Both the position numbers and the translations under genes were made by a program. From Elusimicrobiota bacterium (lineage in GTDB: Bacteria > Elusimicrobiota > Elusimicrobia > UBA1565 > UBA9628), in assembly GCA_003452935.1 (NCBI GenBank), contig DMMY01000016.1:142009-206008 (forward strand): a DNA stretch of 64,000 nt, read 5' to 3'. Shown piece after piece: positions 38,506-49,221 of the stretch (positions are counted from its first letter, which is position 1; the number at the start of each line of letters is the position of its first letter). The notes beneath the pieces were generated by a model. That model was not told the DNA's origin. It saw nothing but the letters and a program-made list of their open reading frames with translations, and did not search any database.

Positions 38506-39425
38506 GGACACGAGCGCACAAGCTTTGCTGGATTATGGCAATGTTCGTTCTCCTCGCAAACCGCGCGAATGCGGGGGGGGCGAACCCATTCAATTTCCTT
38601 TTCCTCGATGCCGGAGCCCGCTCCGCAGGCCTGGCAGGGGCGTACACCGCCCTGGCCAAGGATTCCGTTGCTCTGCATTACAACCCAGCAGGACTGGCAT
38701 GGACCGAAGACCATGAGGCCACGTTTATGCACAATCAGTATTTCGAGAGGATAACGCAGGAATATGCGGCCTATGCGTCTCCCTGGGGTTTTGGCGGCAT
38801 ACTCAACCATCTTAGCTTTGGAAACGCAACGCAAACGACGTATTCCAACGCCGACGGCGCGGGCATGGGCAGTCAAGGCATGAGTGATCTGGCGGTATCC
38901 TTGGGATATGGCCGGATTTTGGCGAAAGGCTTAGGGCTTGGGGCGGGGCTCAAATACATCAGAGAATCGATAGCCGGCTATTCCGCGCAGGGCCATGCCG
39001 TCGATATCGGCGTCCTGTATGATGCGGACGTATTCATGAATGGCGTGACCGTGGGCGTCGCGATTAAAAACATGGGGCCGGACATCAAGTTCCAGGGAAC
39101 CGAAGAGAAACTGCCGCTGAATTTACAAGGCGGGGCATCCTATCGTTTCAATATCGGCGACCTAAAAAACACGATGGTCGCTGACATAAGCAGGGAGCGC
39201 AACGAGCCCGCCATCTTCGCCTCGGGTTTAGAGAGCGTGATTTTAAAGTCCTTCCCTATTCGTTTGGGTTATTCGACAAGGAATCAAGCAGGACTGGGCG
39301 TCACAGCCGGCATGGGATATAGGCATAAAATTTTTGGCGTAGATTACGCTTTCGCGCCTTATGGAAACTTGGGAAGCGTCCATCGGATCAGTCTGACAAT
39401 TAAATGGGGCCAAAACAAATACTAA
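38502..39425 (+). CDS. T9SS-associated outer-membrane beta-barrel (PorV/PorP/SprF/PorQ-like)
   Basis: Signal peptide; GARSAGLAGAYTALAKDSVALHYNPAGLA matches the conserved N-terminal motif of the PorV/PorP family. Its ATG overlaps the sialidase stop (ATGA). Confidence 0.5.
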   Translation: MRTRAHKLCWIMAMFVLLANRANAGGANPFNFLFLDAGARSAGLAGAYTALAKDSVALHYNPAGLAWTEDHEATFMHNQYFERITQEYAAYASPWGFGGILNHLSFGNATQTTYSNADGAGMGSQGMSDLAVSLGYGRILAKGLGLGAGLKYIRESIAGYSAQGHAVDIGVLYDADVFMNGVTVGVAIKNMGPDIKFQGTEEKLPLNLQGGASYRFNIGDLKNTMVADISRERNEPAIFASGLESVILKSFPIRLGYSTRNQAGLGVTAGMGYRHKIFGVDYAFAPYGNLGSVHRISLTIKWGQNKY

Positions 39426-39586
39426 TATGGAGGTTGAGTGTGTGGCATCCTCCATCCACTACGACAAACTGCTACAATTTCAGCTGCGAGTCCAGCAATA
39501 TCCAATCATGCAGTGAACCTTTCCATATATAAAGTCCGCGGCATGTTATTGCGCGCAATCGGGATTTAATTGGACTCATCATACCC

Positions 39587-41071
39587 ATGACCATACGCGC
39601 TCTTTCGGCATTATTTTTCTTGCTATATGGAATTCTCATGCCCATGACGGCAAGCGATTTCATCGCGGGAAATCTGGTCGCCTCCCTCGCCATGATAGCA
39701 TCATCGTTTGTCCTTGCTGCACTTCTATGGTCCGGCCGTGCGCTCTTGCTCAATATTCTTATTGCCTTTTATGTATTCAGGGTCTACATGACACGCCCCT
39801 ACATCAATCTCTTTCTTCCAAAACTCAGGGGGGGACAATACGCCTACATCTGCTCTTTAAACTCCTACTACAACCCTTCTGATTCATCAGTGGTCTACCT
39901 AAGTCTGCTATCTCTGCTGTCGGCCTGGTTAATCGGACTTTATATCGCAAAACCAAAGCCTGTCGTCATGGGTTCCCCGCCTTGGATTTTCCGTCAAATC
40001 GATGAGATCGTCACATCCGCAAGCTGGCCATTCTGGACGGCATGGATATTGCTGACAATTTTAAATTACAAATCCCCTTCGGACACCTGGCAGGGCATCG
40101 CAACCGGAGAGAGTTCTACGCTTTTCGCCTTTGGACTCTTCTCTATGGCGACAATAAATGTCGTCTGTCTATACGTGCTTCTGCTTTCTCGCCAAACCCG
40201 AGCCAAGCCCGCGTCGATCATGTTAATTGCTCCCATATTGATTTCCTCTGTTTTCCGCAGTGCGGGAGGAAGCCGTAGCGCCATATTTTTTGCCGCCATT
40301 TTTGCCGCAACTTATTGGCTGTTTCTCAACCTGAACAAACGCGTCAGCCGTGGCGACCTAGCAAAAACAATCTTTATAGCTCTTCTTTTTCCGGTTATAC
40401 TTTTTGCCGGGCTTTTCGCCCAATACCTCAGGCCTTTTCTGAGATCAGGCACAACCAATGAAGCCATATGGACAATGAGCGTAGAAGGATTGGATATTTT
40501 CAATCCCGACAATCCGATAATCAACTCACTTTATTTCGGCCTTACCGAACTGGCGCATAGATTGAGCAGCCTAAAAGCTCAATTCCTAATACTCAATGAC
40601 CACTTCATCCATCCCCCATGGGCAAGCTACAACCCGCTGCAGGCGTTCATGCGGATCATCAATGATCTTCTCCCGGGAGACATCTTCCCGAATATGCTGA
40701 CGATCAATCAGCTTTTTGATTACATATATTCCGATAGCCATGTAATCTACAACAGCGAATCTTGGAGCATCCAGGGGACGCTTTATCTTTACTGCGGCCT
40801 TTGGCTGTCCCCTATTGTCGTATTCTTCATGTCATACCTAATTAGAAGGAACTATCAAAAACTCCAAACCCTCGCCACAGCCTCTCCATCCTTTGCGGCT
40901 TTCTTTATTTTGCTCTTTAACGATATTCTCGAAAATGGCACGATCGAACGCATCGTTCCTGTTGATATCGTTCGACCGATGGCAGGATTCGTAGCATTCA
41001 TATTCTTGGTCAAAATCTTCCAGGCCTTGTATCCTCAAAGAAAAAAGTCGCCGCTGTCGATGACTCATTAA
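39587..41071 (+). CDS. Polytopic membrane protein, putative Wzy-type repeat-unit polymerase
   Basis: About 11-12 hydrophobic helices with a large periplasmic loop; no soluble domains; sits among GT genes. Confidence 0.4.
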   Translation: MTIRALSALFFLLYGILMPMTASDFIAGNLVASLAMIASSFVLAALLWSGRALLLNILIAFYVFRVYMTRPYINLFLPKLRGGQYAYICSLNSYYNPSDSSVVYLSLLSLLSAWLIGLYIAKPKPVVMGSPPWIFRQIDEIVTSASWPFWTAWILLTILNYKSPSDTWQGIATGESSTLFAFGLFSMATINVVCLYVLLLSRQTRAKPASIMLIAPILISSVFRSAGGSRSAIFFAAIFAATYWLFLNLNKRVSRGDLAKTIFIALLFPVILFAGLFAQYLRPFLRSGTTNEAIWTMSVEGLDIFNPDNPIINSLYFGLTELAHRLSSLKAQFLILNDHFIHPPWASYNPLQAFMRIINDLLPGDIFPNMLTINQLFDYIYSDSHVIYNSESWSIQGTLYLYCGLWLSPIVVFFMSYLIRRNYQKLQTLATASPSFAAFFILLFNDILENGTIERIVPVDIVRPMAGFVAFIFLVKIFQALYPQRKKSPLSMTH

Positions 41072-41075
41072 TGAT

Positions 41076-42323
41076 ATGGAAGACGCTTCAATCAAGTTCG
41101 CCGCCTTAAGAAGGTCCCGGCTTCCGATCAAATTGGCCTTTTACGAACCCTATCCGATGGGCCTGGGCGGCAACTATCTCACCCAGCGCCTGATCCTGGA
41201 GCGGCTCAATCGCGCACGTTTTTTACCCATCGTGCTAGCTCCCAGGGAGGGGGCGGCGCTTGATCGATTTCGGACAATGGGGGTACAATGCATTGTGATA
41301 CCTCCGCCCGAAACCCTCAATCGCTATGGCGGCGCAGCTCTGAGAGTTGGGGCGTTCGAAAAGTTAAAAGCCGCCGCAGATCTGGTTAAATACAACCTTC
41401 GGTTGGCCAAATTCCTGCACGAGCGGAATATCGATGTCGTCTACGCCAATTGCGTACGCGCCCAACTGAGCATAGGCCTCGCCGCCCGGCTCGCACGGGT
41501 GCCAAGTCTTCTCTATATCAAAGGGGAATTGGCGAATCCGTTTATAGATCGCCTCTGTTTTTTAATGGCCTCAAGACTCCTGTTTTTCTGCGCTCAAAAT
41601 CGCGATGACCGATACCCTTTTTTCGTGCGCTGGTTTCGGCGCAAGATCGGCATCCTAAAAATCGGACTGGATCCAGCCTTGATAGCGGGAGCTCAAGGGC
41701 ATGATTCCACTGCTCTTCGCGAGGAACTCGATATCAGGCCTGACCGCATTAATACGGCGGTGTTGGCGCAACTCTACAGACCCAAGGGACAGCATCTTGT
41801 CATTGAAGCTCTCTCTAGGCTGGTAGCCGAATTCCCCCAGGTACGCCTGTATCTTTTAGGAGATCATGTCCTCGAAGAATACCGCAATTACAAGACAGAA
41901 CTCGAAGCCCTGATCGAGCGGCATGGTCTTACCCGGCATGTCCTCTTCACCGGATGGCGCAAGGACGCGCTGGAGATCGCCAACCTAATGGACATCGTCA
42001 TTCATCCTTCCTTGGCGGAAGGATTCGGCCGCGCCATCCTGGAATCGTTGGCCTTGGGCAAGCCCGTTATCGCGTCGGCTGTTGGCGGAGCAAGGGAAGC
42101 CATCCGTGATGGGCAAAACGGTTTCCTGGTGAAAGCCGGCGATGTCGATGCTATCACACTGCGATGGCGCGAGCTACTATCTAATGAGAGACTTCGGCAA
42201 AGGCTAGGACAGGAAGCCAAAAACACTGTATTTTCCGAATACTTGATAGACGACAAAGTGGCTCGCCTCGCTGACATATGGGCTGAGATGGCCTCGGGAC
42301 GAAAAAAAGAATGTGTGGCATAG
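41076..42323 (+). CDS. Glycosyltransferase family 1 (GT4-like)
   Basis: C-terminal EGFGRAILESLALGKPVIASAVGGAREAIRDGQNGFLV signature. Confidence 0.8.
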   Translation: MEDASIKFAALRRSRLPIKLAFYEPYPMGLGGNYLTQRLILERLNRARFLPIVLAPREGAALDRFRTMGVQCIVIPPPETLNRYGGAALRVGAFEKLKAAADLVKYNLRLAKFLHERNIDVVYANCVRAQLSIGLAARLARVPSLLYIKGELANPFIDRLCFLMASRLLFFCAQNRDDRYPFFVRWFRRKIGILKIGLDPALIAGAQGHDSTALREELDIRPDRINTAVLAQLYRPKGQHLVIEALSRLVAEFPQVRLYLLGDHVLEEYRNYKTELEALIERHGLTRHVLFTGWRKDALEIANLMDIVIHPSLAEGFGRAILESLALGKPVIASAVGGAREAIRDGQNGFLVKAGDVDAITLRWRELLSNERLRQRLGQEAKNTVFSEYLIDDKVARLADIWAEMASGRKKECVA

Positions 42324-44242
42324 CAGGGGAGTTAAGTTTCGACGCCCCGGTCAGCGCCCAAGCGCTGCGGTGCATGACCACGGCAATCACCCATCGCGGG
42401 CCTGATGATGAGGGGTTGTATTGCGAGGGACGAATAGGCCTCGGTCACCGGCGGCTATCGATCATCGACATCTCATCTGCCGGACACCAGCCTATGTGGA
42501 CGGAAGATCGCTCCCTCGCCATCATCTTCAATGGGGAAGTCTATAACTACCGCGAAATTCGCCCAGACCTCGAAAAAAACGGCTACCACTTCCGCAGCAA
42601 CTCAGACACTGAAGTTGTCCTTAACGCCATTCACTGTTGGGGGCTGGAGAAAGCGCTCAAGCGCTTCATCGGCATGTTCGCCTTCGCCGTGTGGGACTCT
42701 CGAGACCGGACACTTTGGCTGGCACGGGATCGGGTGGGGATAAAACCGCTTTATTACCACATATCCAGGCAACGCTTTTTATTCGGCTCAGAACTCAAGG
42801 CCCTTTATGCTCACCCGTTCTTCCAACGCGACCTTTTGCCAAAAGGCTTGGCCCAGTATTTCTGTTTCGGTTATACCCTAGGTGGAACCACGGTCTACAA
42901 AGACACCTACAAACTGCCCGCAGGGCACTATCTGCGCGTTGCTCAGGGCGGCCAGATTTCATTGACACGCTTCTGGAGCCTCGACCACATTGAAAGAGGA
43001 TCATTCCGCGGCACGTTTGAAGAAGCCTCGGAACAGCTGACCGCTTTATGCGACAGCGCTTTCGCATACCGGTTGGTGTCGGATGTGCCGGTGGGAGTAT
43101 TTCTCTCCGGGGGCATCGACTCCGCCTTTTTAGCGGTATTTTTAAAAAAACGCTTGGGCGTCGATCTGGAGCACATCTCCATCGGCTTCAACGATCCTGC
43201 TTACGATGAAACCTCAAAGGCCGTCACGGTGGCGCAGGATATCGGCCTGCGTCACGCGACAAAGACTCTCGACGCGCGCGAATCCCAAGACGCCCTGCAC
43301 CGCTTCGTTGAAATATGGGATGAGCCTTTTGGCGACACTTCAGGGATACCTATGCACATCCTCTGCGGCCTGGCGCGACAGAAAGTCAAGGTGGCCCTCT
43401 CCGCCGACGGAGGCGACGAGCTGTTCTGCGGCTATGAGAGCTATCCGGCTTACGATGCCCGCTACCGTTGCCTGCAACGATTCCCTCTGCCATTACGCAG
43501 GGCGGCCGCCGAGGTCCTGCGCCTCTTGCCCTACCGCACGCTGATTTCAACAGGACTTCGCGGCCAGACTGATTCTTGCTGGAATCCTCAAGCTATCGCC
43601 CGTTACGAAAAAGCGATAGAACTATTGCAGACGACAGGGGCGGAAGATGCAACCCGGGTCATAAACGAAAAGGGCTGGACCGCGGGGGCCGTCGCGAAGC
43701 TCCTAGGCCTCAGCCATTGCGACGCAATTTCAGGAACCGTCTTCGAAGAATCATTCAAGGACAGAGGACGCGGAGCTTTCATTGACCACATGATGCGCAC
43801 GGATCTGGCCGCTTTTCTAGGCGAGGACATTCTGACAAAGGTGGATCGCGCCTCGATGGCCGCATCCCTTGAGTGCCGGGATCCCTTCCTTGACCATCGA
43901 TTGATCGAGTTCTCTTTTTCTCTCCCGCTCAACTATCTCTATGATCACGGAGAACACAAACGCATCCTCAAGAAAATAATTCGTCCCTGGATCTCTCCGT
44001 CGGTTCTTAACGCCCCGAAAAGAGGCTTCTCCATCCCCCTTTACAATTGGATGAGAGGCCCCTGGAAGCCGCTAGTCGACGAATATCTTTCTCCAAGCAA
44101 GATTCGCCGCATTGGAGTATTGAATGATCGAGCGGTCAAGCGGGAATTGGACGACTTCTACCAATATCGGGGCTGCCGCGCCGAAAAAATCATGCTGCTG
44201 CTTAATTTTCAAATGTGGGCGGAACGATGGCTGCGATCCTGA
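42311..44242 (+). CDS. Asparagine synthetase B-like glutamine amidotransferase (PseA/WbpS-type) no. 1
   Basis: N-terminal MCGIAG nucleophile; SGGIDSAF PP-loop. Confidence 0.85.
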   Translation: MCGIAGELSFDAPVSAQALRCMTTAITHRGPDDEGLYCEGRIGLGHRRLSIIDISSAGHQPMWTEDRSLAIIFNGEVYNYREIRPDLEKNGYHFRSNSDTEVVLNAIHCWGLEKALKRFIGMFAFAVWDSRDRTLWLARDRVGIKPLYYHISRQRFLFGSELKALYAHPFFQRDLLPKGLAQYFCFGYTLGGTTVYKDTYKLPAGHYLRVAQGGQISLTRFWSLDHIERGSFRGTFEEASEQLTALCDSAFAYRLVSDVPVGVFLSGGIDSAFLAVFLKKRLGVDLEHISIGFNDPAYDETSKAVTVAQDIGLRHATKTLDARESQDALHRFVEIWDEPFGDTSGIPMHILCGLARQKVKVALSADGGDELFCGYESYPAYDARYRCLQRFPLPLRRAAAEVLRLLPYRTLISTGLRGQTDSCWNPQAIARYEKAIELLQTTGAEDATRVINEKGWTAGAVAKLLGLSHCDAISGTVFEESFKDRGRGAFIDHMMRTDLAAFLGEDILTKVDRASMAASLECRDPFLDHRLIEFSFSLPLNYLYDHGEHKRILKKIIRPWISPSVLNAPKRGFSIPLYNWMRGPWKPLVDEYLSPSKIRRIGVLNDRAVKRELDDFYQYRGCRAEKIMLLLNFQMWAERWLRS

Positions 44243-45348
44243 TTTCATCCTCAAACAACGAGCTTCTATCTAACGCGCAGATCCATCGTTTGCTCGGACT
44301 CCAGGTGGCAAAAGACATCTTGGGCGCCACCGAGGATTCCAGTCCCGCGGAGGTCGGCCCCCTCTCCAACAACTATTATTCCTTCACTTTCTCGGTCAAA
44401 GCCAGAACTCACTCTGGATCGGACGATGTATTCATCAAGATCCCCAAGGCCGATATGCGCGGCATGGTTCCCAGGATACTCCCGCTGACCTTGGAAGACC
44501 GTAGGATGGCGCAAGAGGAGGAGTCCAGCCTCAGATTATTGGCCCAAAAATGGAACGCCAAAGAACAGGAAGTGCTCTGGGTCAACCTTCGCGGGACAGT
44601 CCCCGAATATAACGCCCTCGTCACCGATCGCATCTTCGCGGATGAGGCATTGCCGGCATTCCGACGGTTCGACATTCTCCGGAGATTAGGGTTTCAAGAA
44701 TATGCTCAGCGCCTGCAACGTCAGATGGCTCGCATGGGTGCGGCTTTGGGGCGCTTTCACCAAGCCAATCGCAGACCGCTTATTTTCCGATTGAATGAGG
44801 CTTTGCCAAAACTGGGATTCTACTGTCAGGACATTGCCGCCAGAAGCGGAAGCGCCTGGCCGCTTGAAATTTTACGGATACTGGATTCCATGGCAGACTT
44901 GGAGCTATCCGGGATTGAAGTCCCGACTCTCAAAGGAATTGATATCCGCAACATGTTGATTGGCAAACAGGATAGAATATATTTATTGGACCCCGGAAAA
45001 ACCAAGCCGACTCATCGAGAAGCCGACCTTGCCCGATTCATAATGACTTATCGCATTCTATATTGGGGGAGCTTGAAGTTGCTCCTATTGCGAGAGCCCG
45101 ATCCCAGGGGAGAGTCCGCTTTTCTTAAAGCCTACTACGCCAACAGCAGTCCTCCCAACCCAAGGATGCTTGACCTATTCTTGCTCAAAGAACTGCTCAA
45201 GCATTGGCAAACCGCACTGGTTTCGTTGCAGCGGCTGAATTGGTCGGCGGCGCGAAAACGATTGGCCGCATGGATATATGTCCATCCTTTTTACACGCGC
45301 CAAATTGCGGCGCAACTCGAAGTCATTTCGAACCATCATATGCCATGA
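44215..45348 (+). CDS. Hypothetical protein with a kinase-like (APH/WaaP-type) catalytic loop
   Basis: GIDIRNMLIGKQDRIYLLDPGKT resembles the DxxxxN ... D catalytic/DFG loops of phosphotransferases; otherwise unassigned. Confidence 0.3.
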   Translation: MGGTMAAILISSSNNELLSNAQIHRLLGLQVAKDILGATEDSSPAEVGPLSNNYYSFTFSVKARTHSGSDDVFIKIPKADMRGMVPRILPLTLEDRRMAQEEESSLRLLAQKWNAKEQEVLWVNLRGTVPEYNALVTDRIFADEALPAFRRFDILRRLGFQEYAQRLQRQMARMGAALGRFHQANRRPLIFRLNEALPKLGFYCQDIAARSGSAWPLEILRILDSMADLELSGIEVPTLKGIDIRNMLIGKQDRIYLLDPGKTKPTHREADLARFIMTYRILYWGSLKLLLLREPDPRGESAFLKAYYANSSPPNPRMLDLFLLKELLKHWQTALVSLQRLNWSAARKRLAAWIYVHPFYTRQIAAQLEVISNHHMP

Positions 45349-46019
45349 TAGATTATGAAAATGGCACATTGAATGCCTACCGCACCACAGCCAGGGCAGC
45401 GGAATACAAAAGGTACCACACCAAGGGATGGACGTGGGGCCGATTAGTTACATGCATCGAACAGCGGGCCATCGCTCGGGAATTAGGGCGCTATCAATGG
45501 TCGGCATCGGACCAGTTGCTGGATATTCCTTGCGGAACGGGCATAATGGGCAGAATACTCCATCGATTTCCTTTCAAGATCGTGGCGAGCGATATTTCAC
45601 CCGAGATGATGGCCATGGCGCGAGCGGAGTATCCCCCAGACAGGTTGCTCGCCTGCGTTCAGGCCGACATCACAAATACGCCCTTTCCGCGCGGGTCGTT
45701 CGCTTGCGTCGTCGCCTTAGGCTTTCTCCATCGAGTGCCAATTCCCATCAAGCGCGCTGCCTTGCGCGAAATCGCCGCCTTATCGAATAGGCTTGTCATC
45801 GTGTCCTGCAGCGTAGACACTCCCCTGCAACGCCTCAAGCACGTCCTTCTGCGCCGTCTCAAACGCGGCCATATTGCGGCGCCATGCCCCATGCCGTTCA
45901 AGGACATCCTCTCAGAATGCCTGTCTCATGGATTGAGGCTGAACCGAGCCTTTATGGTGATCCCGATGCTATCGTCTCACGCGGTCTTTATTTTAGAAAA
46001 GGTCGATTTACATGATTAA
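45345..46019 (+). CDS. Class I SAM-dependent methyltransferase
   Basis: LLDIPCGTGIMG motif I. ATG at 45345 overlaps the upstream stop (ATGA). Confidence 0.7.
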   Translation: MIDYENGTLNAYRTTARAAEYKRYHTKGWTWGRLVTCIEQRAIARELGRYQWSASDQLLDIPCGTGIMGRILHRFPFKIVASDISPEMMAMARAEYPPDRLLACVQADITNTPFPRGSFACVVALGFLHRVPIPIKRAALREIAALSNRLVIVSCSVDTPLQRLKHVLLRRLKRGHIAAPCPMPFKDILSECLSHGLRLNRAFMVIPMLSSHAVFILEKVDLHD

Positions 46020-46031
46020 CACCCGACTAGC

Positions 46032-47954
46032 ATGTGCGGAATAGCCGGGCTTTTTTCTCGCGCGCCGCGCCGGCACGAGCCCCTCTTATCGAGCGCCTCA
46101 GCCATGGTGCGCGCAATCCGTCATCGCGGGCCCGACGGCGAGGGAATTTGGACCGACCCTCGGGGGCATACGGCATTGGGCCACGCCCGACTGGCCATCA
46201 TTGATGTGACAGAAACCGGCAAGCAACCCATGATCTCCCGAGACGGGAATTTCGTCCTGACCCTAAATGGCGAGATTTACAATTACGTTGAACTGCGCCG
46301 CGAGCTTCTCCAGGCAGGATTAAAGCTTCGCGGAACGTCCGATACCGAGGTACTGCTCGAAGCCATGGCTCATTGGGGCATCGAAAGCACACTGGCGCGC
46401 TCACGCGGCATGTTCGCCATGGCAGTTTGGGATATCGAAAGACAATGCCTTTGGCTCGCGCGCGATCGCGTCGGCAAAAAGCCCCTTTACTTCTACGATC
46501 ACGCCGACACCTTTATGTTCGCATCAGAAATCAAAGGCTTGCTGGCCGCGCCAGACGTCCAGGTCACTATTTCACAGCAATCACTCTCTGATTATCTATC
46601 GCTCGGATTCATCCTGGGCTCCGACACAATCTATCGCGAAATATCGGAAGTGCGGCCCGGCACGCTGATAAAAGTCGGGATAGGACTCCAAACTCGACAA
46701 GAGAGCGTCTATTGGCGGTTTCCTGCCCAAACAGCCCGCATCCTAGCGCCGGAGGAAATACAGGAAGAAACGGAAAAACGGCTCAGCGATGCCGTTCGCC
46801 TAAGATTACGCGCGGATGTGCCCGTCGGCGTATTCCTGTCCGGGGGCATAGACAGCGGCCTGATCACCGCCTTCGCCGCGACACAGTCCAGAGAGCCGAT
46901 CCATTCCTTCACTGTCGCGTTCAGCACTTCCACCTTTGACGAATCCAGGCTCGCGCGTTTGGTCGCCCAACGCTACGCGACCATCCATCATGAAATTTAC
47001 CTTAACCCCGACCTTGAGGAACTGCTCCCCAAGGTGGTGCGAACCTATGACGAACCTTTCGCGGATCCGTCAGCCTTGCCTACTTACGCTATTTCTGGCG
47101 AGGCGGCAAAGCGCGTCAAGGTCGTTCTCAACGGCGAAGGCGCCGATGAATTATTCGGTGGCTACAGGCGCGTTTTCGCGATGCGCTGGCTCGCAAAAAT
47201 CGACCATCTCCTGCGCAAATTTCCGCCCAACACTCTAAGATCGATTGCGGACGCCTTGCCGCGGCCGAGGGGGTTCCGCAGCGCATATTCATTCCTGCAC
47301 CGCTTCGCCAGGGCGGCGCAAGCCGATTCCGCGACCCGTTATCTTTTATGGTCTTCGGATGGTTTCGATCATGACGAGAAACAGCGACTCGGCCTGATCG
47401 GCGCGAAAGACTCTACTCGTCCCACGGCGCAAGCCTTAAGAGATTGCCTCGCTTCCTACAAGACCTTGCCGGCATTATCCGAATTCATGGCGTTCGATTT
47501 TCTCGTTGGAATGGCCGATTGCCTTCTCCCCAAGATAGATATGGCCACCATGGCGCATGGCTTGGAGGGGAGATCCCCTTTCCTGGACCAGGAAGTCGTT
47601 GAATGGGCGGCTGGAATCGACAAATCAGCGCTTCTCGCCGGCTGGAAAACCAAACCGGTTCTACGCGCCATTGCAAGTCGCCATTTGCCGTCCGCAGTGA
47701 CGCGCGCGCCGAAGCGGGGGTTTGAGATTCCCCTGGTACAGTGGATGAAACACGATCTGCACGCCATGGCGCATGATATCTGCGCGTCGCGAGACAGCAT
47801 CCTATTCGACCTATTCGATCGTCGAGAGGTGCTGGCCGTTCTAAATCGTCAAGTTCTCATGGATGATGAGCGCTGGGCCAAGCGCATGTGGACGCTCCTA
47901 ATGCTCGCTTACTGGGGGAGGTGCGCTCATGAAGATCGCTTGCATTGCGCCTGA
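46032..47954 (+). CDS. Asparagine synthetase B-like glutamine amidotransferase no. 2
   Basis: MCGIAGLFS; SGGIDSGL PP-loop. Confidence 0.85.
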   Translation: MCGIAGLFSRAPRRHEPLLSSASAMVRAIRHRGPDGEGIWTDPRGHTALGHARLAIIDVTETGKQPMISRDGNFVLTLNGEIYNYVELRRELLQAGLKLRGTSDTEVLLEAMAHWGIESTLARSRGMFAMAVWDIERQCLWLARDRVGKKPLYFYDHADTFMFASEIKGLLAAPDVQVTISQQSLSDYLSLGFILGSDTIYREISEVRPGTLIKVGIGLQTRQESVYWRFPAQTARILAPEEIQEETEKRLSDAVRLRLRADVPVGVFLSGGIDSGLITAFAATQSREPIHSFTVAFSTSTFDESRLARLVAQRYATIHHEIYLNPDLEELLPKVVRTYDEPFADPSALPTYAISGEAAKRVKVVLNGEGADELFGGYRRVFAMRWLAKIDHLLRKFPPNTLRSIADALPRPRGFRSAYSFLHRFARAAQADSATRYLLWSSDGFDHDEKQRLGLIGAKDSTRPTAQALRDCLASYKTLPALSEFMAFDFLVGMADCLLPKIDMATMAHGLEGRSPFLDQEVVEWAAGIDKSALLAGWKTKPVLRAIASRHLPSAVTRAPKRGFEIPLVQWMKHDLHAMAHDICASRDSILFDLFDRREVLAVLNRQVLMDDERWAKRMWTLLMLAYWGRCAHEDRLHCA

Positions 47955-49140
47955 CGATCTATCCACGCTCCTTTTCTGCAAAACGCTTTCACGCCTGCTT
48001 GCCCGGCATGCAGACGTGAAATTGGTCACCATCGGCGGACCGGTGCAAGGACTTCCCGTTGATATGTATAGCGATGAAATTCGCAGGGATGTGATCTCCA
48101 CCCATCTAAAAATCCCCATGCAGCGATTCATATCCCCGGTTCGGGATTTGGTTTATCTATTCCGACTCTGGCAAATGATAAGACGAGAAAAGTGTTCGGC
48201 TGTCGTGACGTTTACGACGAAGCCCAACATTTACGGCCAATTTGCCGCCTTTCTAGCCGGTGTGCCCCTGAAGGTCATGGCTGTGCGCGGGCTAGGTCGA
48301 ACCTTCAATGCGGACGCCACGGGCAACGAGCGCCTGCTGCGCTGGTTGATGACCATGCTCTACAAATTCGCCTGTCGAACGGCGACGAAAGTTTGGTTCA
48401 CGAATCACGGAGATCTCGTCGATTTCACCTCAACCGGCATATGCCTTGCGGAAAAGACCTTTCTCACCAAAAATGCTATCGACCTCACGGATTACTGCAG
48501 CGCCCGCATTAGCCCGGAACGATTGCGATCGCTTCGCCATGAAATGGGAATGAGGCCTATGGACCAAGCGGTGATTATGGTTGCCCGATTAATCGAAGAA
48601 AAGGGCGTCCGGGAATTCGCACAGGCAGCCTCGGCCTTGCGCGAGCGCGCCCCAAGGCTGCGATTCCTGCTTGTAGCCCCCGAAGAACCCCATAACCCAT
48701 CTACGGTGCCCGTCGCGTTCATTCGCGAGATGGAATCCCGGGCCAATCTTACATGGCTGGGATTTCGCAAGGACGTCCGAGAATTATACGCCCTTGCAGA
48801 TATTGCGGTCCTGCCCTCCTACTACAAAGAAGGAGGATACCCTCGCGCCCTTCTCGAAGCTATGGCGTATGGCAAACCCGTCATAGCCGCTGACACGCCG
48901 GAGTGTCGTGGCCCGGTGGAAACTGGGCGCAACGGCTATCTGGTCCCGCCGCGAGATGGGGAGGCTCTAGCCCGCGCTATTGAAAAGATCACGGCGGATC
49001 CGGAATTATTACTCAGCATGGGGCGCGAATCCTTGCAGCGAATGCGCCAGGAATTCGATGATCAAATCGTCTTCAACAAGCTTATAAACGATGTGCTATT
49101 GCCGTGCAGCGCCACGGCGGGAGATTCCTCCGCCCCCTAG
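47929..49140 (+). CDS. Glycosyltransferase family 1 (GT4-like)
   Basis: EGGYPRALLEAMAYGKPVIAADTPECRGPVETGRNGYLV. Confidence 0.8.
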   Translation: MKIACIAPDDLSTLLFCKTLSRLLARHADVKLVTIGGPVQGLPVDMYSDEIRRDVISTHLKIPMQRFISPVRDLVYLFRLWQMIRREKCSAVVTFTTKPNIYGQFAAFLAGVPLKVMAVRGLGRTFNADATGNERLLRWLMTMLYKFACRTATKVWFTNHGDLVDFTSTGICLAEKTFLTKNAIDLTDYCSARISPERLRSLRHEMGMRPMDQAVIMVARLIEEKGVREFAQAASALRERAPRLRFLLVAPEEPHNPSTVPVAFIREMESRANLTWLGFRKDVRELYALADIAVLPSYYKEGGYPRALLEAMAYGKPVIAADTPECRGPVETGRNGYLVPPRDGEALARAIEKITADPELLLSMGRESLQRMRQEFDDQIVFNKLINDVLLPCSATAGDSSAP

Positions 49141-49221
49141 GCCCCAAAGCCTCGAAATTTTCACATTGGCCACGGCCCCTCAATATTGCACAATATCCAG
49201 AAACGGATTTGAGAAAATCCA

